Assembly (NCBI GenBank): GCA_043806755.1
Contig: JAZDGS010000023.1
Span: 1 to 61,310, forward strand
Direction: 5' to 3'
Length of the DNA stretch: 61,310 nt
Source: Pseudomonadota bacterium
GTDB lineage: Bacteria > Desulfobacterota > Desulfobacteria > Desulfobacterales > UBA2156
The notes beneath the pieces are model-generated. The model had not been told where the DNA came from and did no database searches. It saw only the letters and a program-made list of their open reading frames with translations. The position numbers and the translations under genes are program-made. Of this stretch, positions 1-9,273 are shown piece by piece. How positions within the stretch are numbered: position 1 is the first letter of the stretch; the number at the start of each line of letters is the position of its first letter.

Positions 1-339
1 CACCCCTTTCCGAAGTTTGAAGGTATAGGTCAAACTGTCCGGGGAGATCGACCAGGATTCGGCAAGGAGGGGCTCCACATCCGTGGACTCATCCTTGTAC
101 TCAACCAGGGCTTCGAACACACTGTCGCAGATCATGAAGGAGTTGCCATCCGTCTCGTAGGCCGGATCAAGCCCGACGCTGTCTCCGCCGCGGCCGAATA
201 TGAGCATTCCGCCCGGTTTTGGAGCGGAAGCAACGCTCGCTTTTGTTTCAGCCTTTCCTCCCGGTTTTGACTGAGCCAACGCGTGACCGGAGATTAAAAA
301 TACCGCAAGCAACATCAATATCAGAATCTTTTTCACCAT
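1..339 (-). CDS. ABC transporter peptide-binding protein (family 5, DppA/OppA-like), 5' part only, runs off the window edge
   Basis: Not in the ORF track; read manually. AGGAGG RBS, then ATG at 339: MVKKILILMLLAVFLISGHALA (signal peptide)...GGMLIFGRGGDSVGLDPAYETDGNSFMICDSVFEALV...PLLAESWSISPDSLTYTFKLRKGV, which is the typical SBP family 5 N-terminus. Confidence 0.9.
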   Translation of the reverse strand, partial: MVKKILILMLLAVFLISGHALAQSKPGGKAETKASVASAPKPGGMLIFGRGGDSVGLDPAYETDGNSFMICDSVFEALVEYKDESTDVEPLLAESWSISPDSLTYTFKLRKGV

Positions 340-527
340 TTCCCCTCCTTATGTTGTCGGTTAATTTTACATGTTTCCTGTTTTAACATCGGATTGTGCG
401 CTATGATCAAACAGATGACCCATTGTCTGCTTTTAAAATGGTTATCTATCCCGAAAAACCGCTCCGGAGTCAAGGTCAAACCGTAATCAGATAGACCGGT
501 TCGGCTTCAACGAGCCGGGGAACGGTT

Positions 528-779
528 TTATTTCTGACGAATCGCTCCGAAAATAATGAAGAGCAAACCGAGCGCCCCTACAAGAATGTAGAGAGGGGTT
601 GTAATTAAAAAATTGAGATATGAGATACCTTCGATTAAATGAGTGTTCATGAGATCGTACAGGTAAAGCGTTTCGGAGGCCTCTTTTTTTTCCATTAAAT
701 TGGCCAATGCCTGGTTTCCAAGGATCAAGAGAGCCGCCAGCACACAGATGAAGCCGAAAATAGTCCGTTTATTTATCAT
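528..779 (-). CDS. Small hypothetical membrane protein (two hydrophobic segments)
   Basis: 83-aa ORF with a GGAG-like RBS, hydrophobic N- and C-terminal stretches, same strand as its neighbours. Confidence 0.6.
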   Translation of the reverse strand: MINKRTIFGFICVLAALLILGNQALANLMEKKEASETLYLYDLMNTHLIEGISYLNFLITTPLYILVGALGLLFIIFGAIRQK

Positions 780-848
780 CTCCGTCTCCCAAATCCAATG
801 GTCTTAAATGCGGTACGACCATCAAATCGCATGGTGAAGGATTCGACA

Positions 849-1322
849 TTATGAATCGGGCATTTCTTCGAATGTTAATTCATGTTCAATGTGAATGCAG
901 CCGATGATGCTTTGGGCTGCGGGGCACCGGATTAAATAATTATTGAGCGCCTCGTATGCATCCTCCTTTTGTTCCTTCGGAGCTTTAAGGAAATGGTGTA
1001 CCTTGATGCGGGTTATTTTAAGAACACCATCCACATCTTCAATGTCTCCGGCGACTTCGGCCCTGAATAAATCGTTGAATGTTCGGATCTTTTTTCCGGC
1101 CAAAACCGTGGCCAGTGTCCCCATCATTCACCCGCCCACGGCACCCACAATATGATCCAGGGTGGCGGCATGCTCTTCCTCCGGTTCGACCCGGTAGAAT
1201 TTCTTGATACCTCCGTGGACTCCATAATAGACCGGATCCTTAAATCCTCTAATGATGGCTTTTCGGGTCGGGCCTTTTTCCCGGGTAATAGTGATGTGAG
1301 ACGTATGGACGACTTTTTTCAT
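849..1322 (-). CDS. OsmC/Ohr-like selenoprotein (157 aa; UGA at 1128-1130 read as Sec65)
   Basis: ORFs 1128..1367 and 849..1127 are in the same frame, separated by a single TGA. The joined protein reads ...LDHIVGAVGG-U-MMGTL...IRCPAAQSI, so the UGA occupies the first OsmC catalytic Cys position and the second CP motif is present. AAGGAG RBS precedes the ATG at 1322, and a SECIS-like hairpin lies downstream of the UGA. Confidence 0.88.
1096..1115 (-). promoter_or_regulatory. Putative bacterial SECIS element
   Basis: mRNA reads UGA-AUGAUGGGGACA-CUGGCCA-CGGUUU-UGGCCGG: a 7-bp stem (one G-U pair) starting 12 nt after the UGA, with a GGU-containing apical loop. Confidence 0.8.
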
Positions 1323-1383
1323 ATGCTCCTTTTCTTTTTTCCGTGCGTTAGTGAAAGGTTGCAGCAATTATAAATGGAAACCG

Positions 1384-1842
1384 TCAAACGGTTGTTGCCG
1401 ATCGTTTTTTCAGCCCGTTCACTAGTGTGGTGATAATCTCTTTTTGAACCTGGCTTTTAAATTGAAATTTCAACCCAATCCCCTCTGATGTGGTTCGAAC
1501 GATTTTGGCCGGTATTTTGAATGGATTTTGTTCATCAGGAAAATTAATCCTGAGAAAGATCTCTTCTCCTACCTGAAATGCTCCTTTTGATACCATGAAT
1601 ACACCGCTCGGGCTGATATCACGTGCATAATCGGTTATCGCCCGGTCCAGGTTCACATAATCTATGGCAATGGTATATGTTTTTCGCTGATATTCCCTCT
1701 CTTCCAGGGATATGTCCCTATTTTTCATCGTCTTTTCGATGTTGGCCAGGAGGACAAAGCGTTCTTCTTCAGTCATCTGATGGATCAATTCCAGGATACG
1801 ACCCAGGACATCATAATGATTTTTTTGAGCATCTTTTTCCAT
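1384..1842 (-). CDS. PilZ domain protein (putative c-di-GMP receptor)
   Basis: RxxxR motif (REYQR), D/NxSxxG motif (DISPSG), and a C-terminal GIGLKF strand. Confidence 0.88.
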   Translation of the reverse strand: MEKDAQKNHYDVLGRILELIHQMTEEERFVLLANIEKTMKNRDISLEEREYQRKTYTIAIDYVNLDRAITDYARDISPSGVFMVSKGAFQVGEEIFLRINFPDEQNPFKIPAKIVRTTSEGIGLKFQFKSQVQKEIITTLVNGLKKRSATTV

Positions 1843-1927
1843 AAAACCTCACCTGTTCGCTGGTACAAAGGAGCCGAACCGTTTGAAAAGAAGTCGATAG
1901 AGTGAAGAAGAAAATCAAATTGAACTA

Positions 1928-1956
1928 AATATAAAAAAAACTCGGAAAAGAGTCAA
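1928..1956 (-). promoter_or_regulatory. Putative sigma70 promoter for the PilZ gene
   Basis: TTGACT-17 nt-TATATT on the minus strand. Confidence 0.55.
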
Positions 1957-1959
1957 GAA

Positions 1960-2835
1960 TTAAAGCGTATCGGTTTTCATCGGGCGTATTTCTGCTATCA
2001 CCATGCCAAGAAATATGAGCCCGCCGCCGGTGAGATGGCTCATTAAAAAAGGCTCGTTTCCGAAAAAATGGGCAAACAACGCTCCGAAAACCGGCTCACC
2101 CGTAAATATCAGGGCCGCCCGCGCCGCCGGGGTTGTTCGCTGGGCATAGGTCTGAATGATATAAGCAAATACCGTGCACAGCAATACGGTTACGATAACC
2201 GCAGTCCATGCTTCAGAAGGGATGTTACAGGTGATCCCGCCGGAGGTGATCGACAGCAACAGGCCTAATACGGCGCTCACGCCCAACTGCCATGTGACTA
2301 GTGCCAACACATCAAATTTCGGTGCATAGCATCCGGTCAGGAGGATGTGAAGCGCGACGGCCACTGCACAAAAAAAGATTAACACATCCCCGAAATTCCA
2401 CGTAGACGGAGCCCCTCCAACTAAGATATAAAGACCGATAAATGCCGCCAGTATGCCAAGGGCTGCCGATGGGGCGGGAAAGCTCCTGAAAAAAACCGCA
2501 GAAAAAATCGGCACCAGCACAACATTCAGGCCGGTGATGAATGCACCGTTGGTGGCGGAAGTCAGCGTCAGCCCCCAGGTTTGAAAGGCAAAGGATGCAA
2601 AAAGGAGGATCCCCAACAAAGAGCCGGCTTTAATCGTGGGCCAGTCCAAGTGCCGAAGGCGTCTTGGAAACAAAAGGATCATCAGGAGGAACGCCAGTCC
2701 GAATCGGGTGGTTAAAAAAGAATAGACATCCACCACAGCCACGGCGTTCTTGACCAGGATGAATGTAGACCCCCAGAAAAAGGTCACAAGAAGCAACATG
2801 AAATCCATGACAAGCTGTCTGGCGCGTTCCGTCAT
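1960..2835 (-). CDS. DMT/EamA family transporter
   Basis: About 10 TM helices; FWGSTF, FQTWGL, FITGLNVVLVP and GEPVFGALF motifs; two EamA repeats. Confidence 0.92.
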   Translation of the reverse strand: MTERARQLVMDFMLLLVTFFWGSTFILVKNAVAVVDVYSFLTTRFGLAFLLMILLFPRRLRHLDWPTIKAGSLLGILLFASFAFQTWGLTLTSATNGAFITGLNVVLVPIFSAVFFRSFPAPSAALGILAAFIGLYILVGGAPSTWNFGDVLIFFCAVAVALHILLTGCYAPKFDVLALVTWQLGVSAVLGLLLSITSGGITCNIPSEAWTAVIVTVLLCTVFAYIIQTYAQRTTPAARAALIFTGEPVFGALFAHFFGNEPFLMSHLTGGGLIFLGMVIAEIRPMKTDTL

Positions 2836-3044
2836 CCGTGATTCTCCGAATCGAGATAAAAATTTTATTTTTTACCGGAGAGCAGGCCGCATGTAAAGGT
2901 GCCTCTCCTGTTTTTTAGGTCATTGCGACATTTATTTTCAAAGAAAATCCGGAACAGGTGGATTTTCACTTTAACAATGGTTAATATAAGAGTTTAATCA
3001 AGGCATCAGAATTTCAGGAGAAAAAATCCGCATTCAAGGATGTT

Positions 3045-5393
3045 ATGGACGAAATTTTAAAAAGATACCCCTTCCGCTGCACCCTCAGCTTTCGGCCCCT
3101 TTTCGATTATTTAAGAAAAAGGGATAAACAGGGGATCCATGAAATGCCGTGCCCCGGATTCGACATTGATGTGATCCTCAAACAGGCGCCGGAGCTTTCA
3201 GAGCCGATTACCGACCTGTCCGTGCTGACAAAACATCAGGATCTGATCCGTCGGTTCATGAGCTTCGTGTTTCCTCCGGTTTTTTGGGATAAAGAAGCCG
3301 TAGCCGCATTGATCCCTTTTTCAATGAAGCCGATTTTTGTTTCTCCGGATTTTGCCCGCCTTTTCCTGGATGACGAGGGGATCCTTACCGGAAAAATTAA
3401 TGTCGGGGAAGAACGATTCGCGCTGGGGAGGACGATCAGGGCATACCTGTTTATCTTAAAAAAGTTTTACGGCATCACCCAACACCTCGATTATCCCATC
3501 ATCCGAATTGTGGAGGACAGGAACACCGGCCTGGAACGCCATTATAAAATGAACATGGATTTTCGATTCGTTGATGTAAAGGCCGAGAGGGAACCGGAAC
3601 CGCTGTCCGAAACAGAGCGAACACAGATCATGGAGCATCTGACCGATCCGGAATTGTTAAAGCGGTTGCTTCCGCCGGAAAATTTCGAGTTGTGCGGATT
3701 CAGCATCATCCAGGCGGTGGATGTGACTGAAATGGAGGTCATTTCTTCCCTTGGAAGAGATCTGATCCATAAAAAATCCATTTTATCTAAGGAGGGCTTC
3801 CTAAAGGTCCAGCAGCGGCTCCGCACCCTTTTTCGAAGACCCACATTGATCGCCGACCTTTCGGCTATTCACGAGAATCAAATTCTTTCGATCAACAGCG
3901 GTTCAGAGATGACTCGGAATTGCATTTTTGCGGACTCGCATCATGTCCATCTTTCCGAGCTCCGGGGGACGATGTATGAAAAAGCCATCATCTCTCAACA
4001 GATCGTCCGCATCTCTGATGTCATCACCGGTCCGATGCCGGAAGAAAAAAAAGCGTCGATTCTTAAGGAAGGGATCCACTCCCTAATGATCGCACCCTTG
4101 ATCTACAAGGACCGCACCATCGGAATCCTTGGTATCGGCTCCCAACAACCCATGGATTTAACTCCTCTTGATGAATTATTGGTGGAGCAGGTCCAGCCGC
4201 TTTTTTCCATGGCGATTAAAAAGGCGCTCGATGATTTTGAAAACCAGATCGAAAGCGTTATCAAAGAACAGTGCACCGCCATTCATCCCGCCGTTGAATG
4301 GCGATTCCGCAAAGCGGCGGTCGACCTTCTGGAAAACCGGCTTAGGGGAAAAAAGACGGAGATGGGCCCCATCGTTTTCAAAGATGTTTTCCCCTTCTAC
4401 GGTATATCCGATATTCGGGGCTCGGCCATGGAACGAAACCGTGCCATTCAACTCGATCTTATCGAACACCTCGACTTGGCCCTCCACGTGGTTCAACAGG
4501 CACAGCATGCCAAGCCTTTATTCATATTGGGAGAGCTTATCGGCCAGATCGAATCCCGATTAACGCGAATTCAAAACGGTTTGAAATCCGGCGATGACGT
4601 TTCGATTTTAACATTTCTCCGGGAAGAAGTGGAAACGCATTTTCAACATTTTGAGGGGTTTGGCCCCACAGCGGCGCAGGCGGTTAACCGATATCGGTCC
4701 GCACTGGATCCGAAAATCGGAACCGTTTATCGGTTACGACAGGATTTTGAAGAGAGCGTTTCAATACTGGCCGGCCGTCTTGCACTCATCCTGGATCAGG
4801 AAGAACAAAAACTGCAATCCGTCTTTCCACACTATTTTGACTGGCACCGGACGGACGGCATCGATTACCTCATATATGTTGGTGCGTCCATGAACGAGAA
4901 TGGGGAATTGAATACGATGTATCTGAAAAATCTGCGCCTATGGCAGATCCGGATCGCGGCCATGCTCGCCAGACAGAGCGAAGAACTGAAATCCGAACTG
5001 AAAGTCCCTCTTGAGACTGCACACCTGATCCTCGTTCAGGATTCTCCCATGGCCATCCGGTTTCGTTTTGACGAAAAACGGTTCGACGTGGACGGCGCTT
5101 ACAATATCCGAAATGAAATTATCAAATCCAGGATCGACAAGGCGGTGGTTAAAGGAAGCGACGAACGGCTGACTCAGCCGGGGAAGATCGCTATTGTCTA
5201 TTCCCACCCGCTCGAGGCCAGGGAGACACTCAGGCACATCGAGTTTTTAAAATCCGAAGGATATTTGATCGGAGAGGCGGAGCGGATCGACCTTGAAGAC
5301 CTGCCGGGTGTCCATGGTTTGAAAGCCATCCGGATCAGAGTCAACCTGGACTCGGAAAACATAATGCAAACAACCGGTTCAGGCACTGCTTAG
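3045..5393 (+). CDS. GAF domain-containing conserved protein
   Basis: 782-aa ORF with a central GAF signature (GIHSLMIAPLIYKDRTIGILGIGS) and conserved-looking C-terminal blocks HPAVEWRF, SDIRGS, RTDGIDY, FDVDGAYN. Confidence 0.75.
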   Translation: MDEILKRYPFRCTLSFRPLFDYLRKRDKQGIHEMPCPGFDIDVILKQAPELSEPITDLSVLTKHQDLIRRFMSFVFPPVFWDKEAVAALIPFSMKPIFVSPDFARLFLDDEGILTGKINVGEERFALGRTIRAYLFILKKFYGITQHLDYPIIRIVEDRNTGLERHYKMNMDFRFVDVKAEREPEPLSETERTQIMEHLTDPELLKRLLPPENFELCGFSIIQAVDVTEMEVISSLGRDLIHKKSILSKEGFLKVQQRLRTLFRRPTLIADLSAIHENQILSINSGSEMTRNCIFADSHHVHLSELRGTMYEKAIISQQIVRISDVITGPMPEEKKASILKEGIHSLMIAPLIYKDRTIGILGIGSQQPMDLTPLDELLVEQVQPLFSMAIKKALDDFENQIESVIKEQCTAIHPAVEWRFRKAAVDLLENRLRGKKTEMGPIVFKDVFPFYGISDIRGSAMERNRAIQLDLIEHLDLALHVVQQAQHAKPLFILGELIGQIESRLTRIQNGLKSGDDVSILTFLREEVETHFQHFEGFGPTAAQAVNRYRSALDPKIGTVYRLRQDFEESVSILAGRLALILDQEEQKLQSVFPHYFDWHRTDGIDYLIYVGASMNENGELNTMYLKNLRLWQIRIAAMLARQSEELKSELKVPLETAHLILVQDSPMAIRFRFDEKRFDVDGAYNIRNEIIKSRIDKAVVKGSDERLTQPGKIAIVYSHPLEARETLRHIEFLKSEGYLIGEAERIDLEDLPGVHGLKAIRIRVNLDSENIMQTTGSGTA

Positions 5394-5478
5394 CGTATCG
5401 AGTTTCGGATCTGTTTTTCTAAATCGATTGCGGGTTTTTCTAAACCCCTGATGCACCCTGATTTTAGAAGCGATATCC

Positions 5479-8400
5479 ATGCCGGAAGAGAATCGAAAAA
5501 CAATCAAGCGGAGCAAAAAACGCCTTATTTTCAAAGCTGTTCTTGTATCCGTCTTTTTTATCATCTTTTTTGTCCTGGCGATGCTCGCCGCTCTCCCGTA
5601 TCTGGTATCGACTCAGTATGCTAAATCCCTGGCTCAAACCGCCGCATCCCGTTTGGTCGAAAGAGAGATTCGGCTGGATCGGATCGGATTCAAATGGAGT
5701 CAGGGGATCTTTATTGAGGGGCTTCGATTGTCGGACGACGCAGCGTTTTCAACGTCACCGATGGGAACGATCAAGTCGATCCATCTCAGAATGAATTTTT
5801 TAAAAGCTCTTACCGGACGATTAAACCGTGCCGACCTGGATATCGGAGGGGTGTCGCTTCAGGTGATTCGAAACACCGAAGGGGCGACCAATCTGAACCG
5901 GTTCATTTCAAACCTCAAGAAGGAAAACAATCCTCCAATCCAACAAAAAAAACCCAAAAACGAAAAGCTCCTTTTCATGCCGCTTTCGATCAGGACCGGT
6001 GTCACCATCCGGGATATTTTCATCGGCATCGATGACCGGATGCAACGCCGTCAAATCGAATTTCATCGCGGTTTCGTCAATTTGGATCTCCCCTCCTTTA
6101 ATCAGCCGCTGACCCTGTCGGTCTCATCACAGGTGAACATAGGGAAATGGTCGCTCCCGGAGGTGAAATTAACGATGACAGGGAGCAATATGTTCGATGC
6201 CAGGGGGGAAATCGACCTTCACCGCATCGACATCGATATGGAATTGCAGGCTCCCGGCATTCATGTCAAGGCAAAAGGAAATCCGAACGATGGGAAGATG
6301 TCAGGCCTGTTGCGGGCCGATCTTTCTGATTTTTTTCAAGTCGCATCCCCTTTTTTCCCGAAATCCTTGCAGCCGGAAACGATTCGCGGAACCCTGACAT
6401 GTGAACTGGATGCAAGCAGAATTTCAGCGGCAACGACTTTTTTCGATGTTCGCGTCGACGGAGATCGGATTTACTTAAACAAGAGCTCCTGGAACAGGGA
6501 TATAGGACCGCTTGATTTCCAAATCCACCATAACGGACGTTATGATTCGGAAAAAGGGGCCCTTTTTGTGGAGAGCGGTGAAATCCGGTTCCTCAATGTC
6601 AACCGTTTCTCATGGCACGGACGTCTTTATGACTTAAAGGAATCGAATCCCGGCGCAGCGGTGGAGATCGGGTCGCTTTTACTGGATCTCTCCAGTCTAC
6701 TGAATCCGGCCGTCCCTTTTCTGCCGAAACGGTTTTTTTTGGATATTCCTTCAGGTATTCAAACAAAAGGGCGCATCACATTGGAACATGCTTCCATCAC
6801 CGGAAACCTAAATGGAGGGAACCATCGTGTCCATATCAAAGGGCTTCGGATTGACGTTCCATCCGTTCGAGTCCGCGTGGATTCCCCAAATCCGGTCGAT
6901 CTTTCCATGGATCGTATCGATATTAACTTATTGAGCGTGGAATCCCTGCTAAACGATTTCTTTCCGAACCAGCTCAAGGTGCATTCCCGTTTGGCCATTG
7001 ATCGTCTTGACGTAAAGGGGGAAAACCCTGTTTCAATCAAAGGCTTTCAAATCCCAGAACTTCGCTTTAGCGCAGACAGGATTCGACAAATCAAATCCGT
7101 ACCCCTTGGGATCACTGCTCTTTTTTCTTTAATCGGATCTTTCCGGTGGAATGAGGCGATGATCCCGCCTTTTATCCGAACAGGCCGAACGACCCAACAC
7201 ATCGATATGACCGGAACGATTCTTCCGGGAAATGTGGCAGAGTTGACGTTAAACGGCTATGAAATCATCGCATCAGAGCCGAAGCTTGCATATGGGGATC
7301 TTGCTTTTTTTCCTTCAGTGATTCGGCTTTCATCAAAGGCGAATGGAATCCGGCTGAAACAATTGCATCCCTTAAATGCGGATATCGATCGGATTCAGTC
7401 GAATTTAAAAATCGATGATGATGCCCTGAAGCTCGATCTGGAGGCCGGGCTTTCCGATCTGGGGAAACGCCGGATGGCGAGCACCGGTAAAATGGCGATC
7501 GATTTAAAAAAGCTCCTGTCAAGGATCAGAGGAAATAAGACGGATGAAGGGCGCTTGAGCGGACGGATCGATCTGTTGTGGGATGCGGCAGGGCGGCTTC
7601 CGGCAGATACGAAACCCGCCGATCAAAACCTCCCCCTGGCAATCCTGTCGAATCCGCTTCCTGACCATTTGCATCTCACATGCAGATTGGAAAATATCTC
7701 GTTTGACCGGATATCGGATAAACAGATCCCTTTTCATTTTGGCCCTCTTTCAACCACCATGCCCCTTGAATATACATTCGACGGAAAAACAGGTAAGGGG
7801 AAGATCGGAGCTTCATTTCTGGCAAAAAAAATTGATTCCGGTCTCTTTTTGGGTAAAGAACAACCACTTGCCGGCAAACCTATTGATCTGACGGTGAACA
7901 TTTCCGGAGAGCATCACCGGCTCAACTCGATGGAGCTTGCGCAATCACTCGTTATCGAGCCTTTTGGAATCAGCCAAACCTTCCGATCCTCGATCCATGG
8001 GTTGGAGCGGATTCTTTTTGCAAAAAACGACGTTCCGTTGGTTTCGTGGTTAAACGAGCTAAGCGGAAACGGAAAGGTTACGGTCCGGATTCCGGACGCC
8101 GGCATTCTATCCGGTTTTTTCAACGGGATCCGCCTTCAGGGAAAAATGAGCGCCGAAGCCGAAGCCGAGCTGATCCCTAAAAAGAGCTTGACTGTCAAGG
8201 GGTGGACAGGAAGCGACGGGTTGGATATTACGGTCGGGGAATCCGCCTCGATTGAAGACCTTAACATCAACTTTGGATTTCAAAAACATTATACGGTTTC
8301 CGTCGACCCGCCGGCATCGACGTCAGAAACACGTTTGTCGGTGAAGGTGATGGAAGAAAACCCGTCGGTATCGTCTCATATCAATCCTGAAGGGGATGTT

Positions 8401-9111
8401 ATCTCCTCTCTTTCCGGGCAGTGGCAGAAACGCCTGGGTAAAAATCATACTTTTTCTTTGAATTCCGCGCGGATCGGGAAAGCGCCTCAATCGCTTCATA
8501 TGCACAAAACAGTAGTAGATCTGGAGCTGGAGGAAGGGATTCCGAAGATCACCTATTTCGAATCCGGCCTCCTTGGGGGAGCGATCATCGGCTCGGCATC
8601 CGTTTTCGAAAAAGGGGGGAACCTGTTTCTCCGATTCAGAACCTCCTTCTCTGCGTTAAACCCCGGAAAGCTTCTGCAGGGAATGGACAACAAACCGGAC
8701 AGCGAGGACTTGACGATCAGCGGACGGATATCGGTTTTAGCCCCCCTGTCGGTCCGCTTGCCGTCGATTCTAAAAGAACTCGATCTTGATCTTCAGTTCA
8801 ACCACATCGGCTCCGGCGCCATGAGGGAAATACTCCATATCCTGGATCCTCATGAGCATAACGAAACCATTATATCCATCCGCCGGTTGATTCGCACCGG
8901 GATTCCCAGATGGATTGAAATCAATGTCAAAAACGGAATTTTGTCTCTAAACGGGGAAGTGATCATTAAAGGAGTACCCATAAAAATTCCAAGCCTCGAG
9001 CGCTTGAATCTATCCGATATTTCAGGCCTCGACCGTTACGAAAAAGGACTGAGAGGGCTTCTGCCGCTGATCGATATACTGACACTCGCTTCAAGGCGGA
9101 ATCTGCCCTAA
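5479..9111 (+). CDS. AsmA-like / YdbH-like intermembrane bridge protein
   Basis: 1210 aa; basic N-terminus plus one TM anchor; AsmA-like start (RNTEGATNL), long alternating beta-strand pattern, GLLGG...ISGRI near the C-terminus; lies upstream of a DUF1318-like lipoprotein. Confidence 0.7.
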   Translation: MPEENRKTIKRSKKRLIFKAVLVSVFFIIFFVLAMLAALPYLVSTQYAKSLAQTAASRLVEREIRLDRIGFKWSQGIFIEGLRLSDDAAFSTSPMGTIKSIHLRMNFLKALTGRLNRADLDIGGVSLQVIRNTEGATNLNRFISNLKKENNPPIQQKKPKNEKLLFMPLSIRTGVTIRDIFIGIDDRMQRRQIEFHRGFVNLDLPSFNQPLTLSVSSQVNIGKWSLPEVKLTMTGSNMFDARGEIDLHRIDIDMELQAPGIHVKAKGNPNDGKMSGLLRADLSDFFQVASPFFPKSLQPETIRGTLTCELDASRISAATTFFDVRVDGDRIYLNKSSWNRDIGPLDFQIHHNGRYDSEKGALFVESGEIRFLNVNRFSWHGRLYDLKESNPGAAVEIGSLLLDLSSLLNPAVPFLPKRFFLDIPSGIQTKGRITLEHASITGNLNGGNHRVHIKGLRIDVPSVRVRVDSPNPVDLSMDRIDINLLSVESLLNDFFPNQLKVHSRLAIDRLDVKGENPVSIKGFQIPELRFSADRIRQIKSVPLGITALFSLIGSFRWNEAMIPPFIRTGRTTQHIDMTGTILPGNVAELTLNGYEIIASEPKLAYGDLAFFPSVIRLSSKANGIRLKQLHPLNADIDRIQSNLKIDDDALKLDLEAGLSDLGKRRMASTGKMAIDLKKLLSRIRGNKTDEGRLSGRIDLLWDAAGRLPADTKPADQNLPLAILSNPLPDHLHLTCRLENISFDRISDKQIPFHFGPLSTTMPLEYTFDGKTGKGKIGASFLAKKIDSGLFLGKEQPLAGKPIDLTVNISGEHHRLNSMELAQSLVIEPFGISQTFRSSIHGLERILFAKNDVPLVSWLNELSGNGKVTVRIPDAGILSGFFNGIRLQGKMSAEAEAELIPKKSLTVKGWTGSDGLDITVGESASIEDLNINFGFQKHYTVSVDPPASTSETRLSVKVMEENPSVSSHINPEGDVISSLSGQWQKRLGKNHTFSLNSARIGKAPQSLHMHKTVVDLELEEGIPKITYFESGLLGGAIIGSASVFEKGGNLFLRFRTSFSALNPGKLLQGMDNKPDSEDLTISGRISVLAPLSVRLPSILKELDLDLQFNHIGSGAMREILHILDPHEHNETIISIRRLIRTGIPRWIEINVKNGILSLNGEVIIKGVPIKIPSLERLNLSDISGLDRYEKGLRGLLPLIDILTLASRRNLP

Positions 9112-9145
9112 GCCCTCTTTTGATTGATTTACCTTTTAGATCGCG

Positions 9146-9246
9146 ACCCCTTGAACCCTTGTGGGGTAAAAACCGAACTAAAGTCTTCGCCTAAAGACGA
9201 GGGTTTTCCTGCCTGCAGGCAGGTCTCCCAATCCCTGAAAGGGACA
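9146..9246. repeat. Intergenic cluster of hairpins including the 16-bp perfect palindrome CCTGCCTGCAGGCAGG (REP/IS200-IS605-end-like)
   Basis: Hairpin at 9180-9207 (AAAGTCTTCG...CGAGGGTTTT), perfect palindrome at 9208-9223, TCCC-TGAAA-GGGA at 9232-9244. Confidence 0.55.
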
Positions 9247-9273
9247 ACAAAAAAACGCCGGAAAGGATCGATC

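Noticed and set aside
849-1367. Two separate small genes, or a nonsense pseudogene
   Set aside because: The stop is UGA exactly at the catalytic Cys position with a SECIS-like hairpin, and both halves are otherwise intact. Sec readthrough explains it better.
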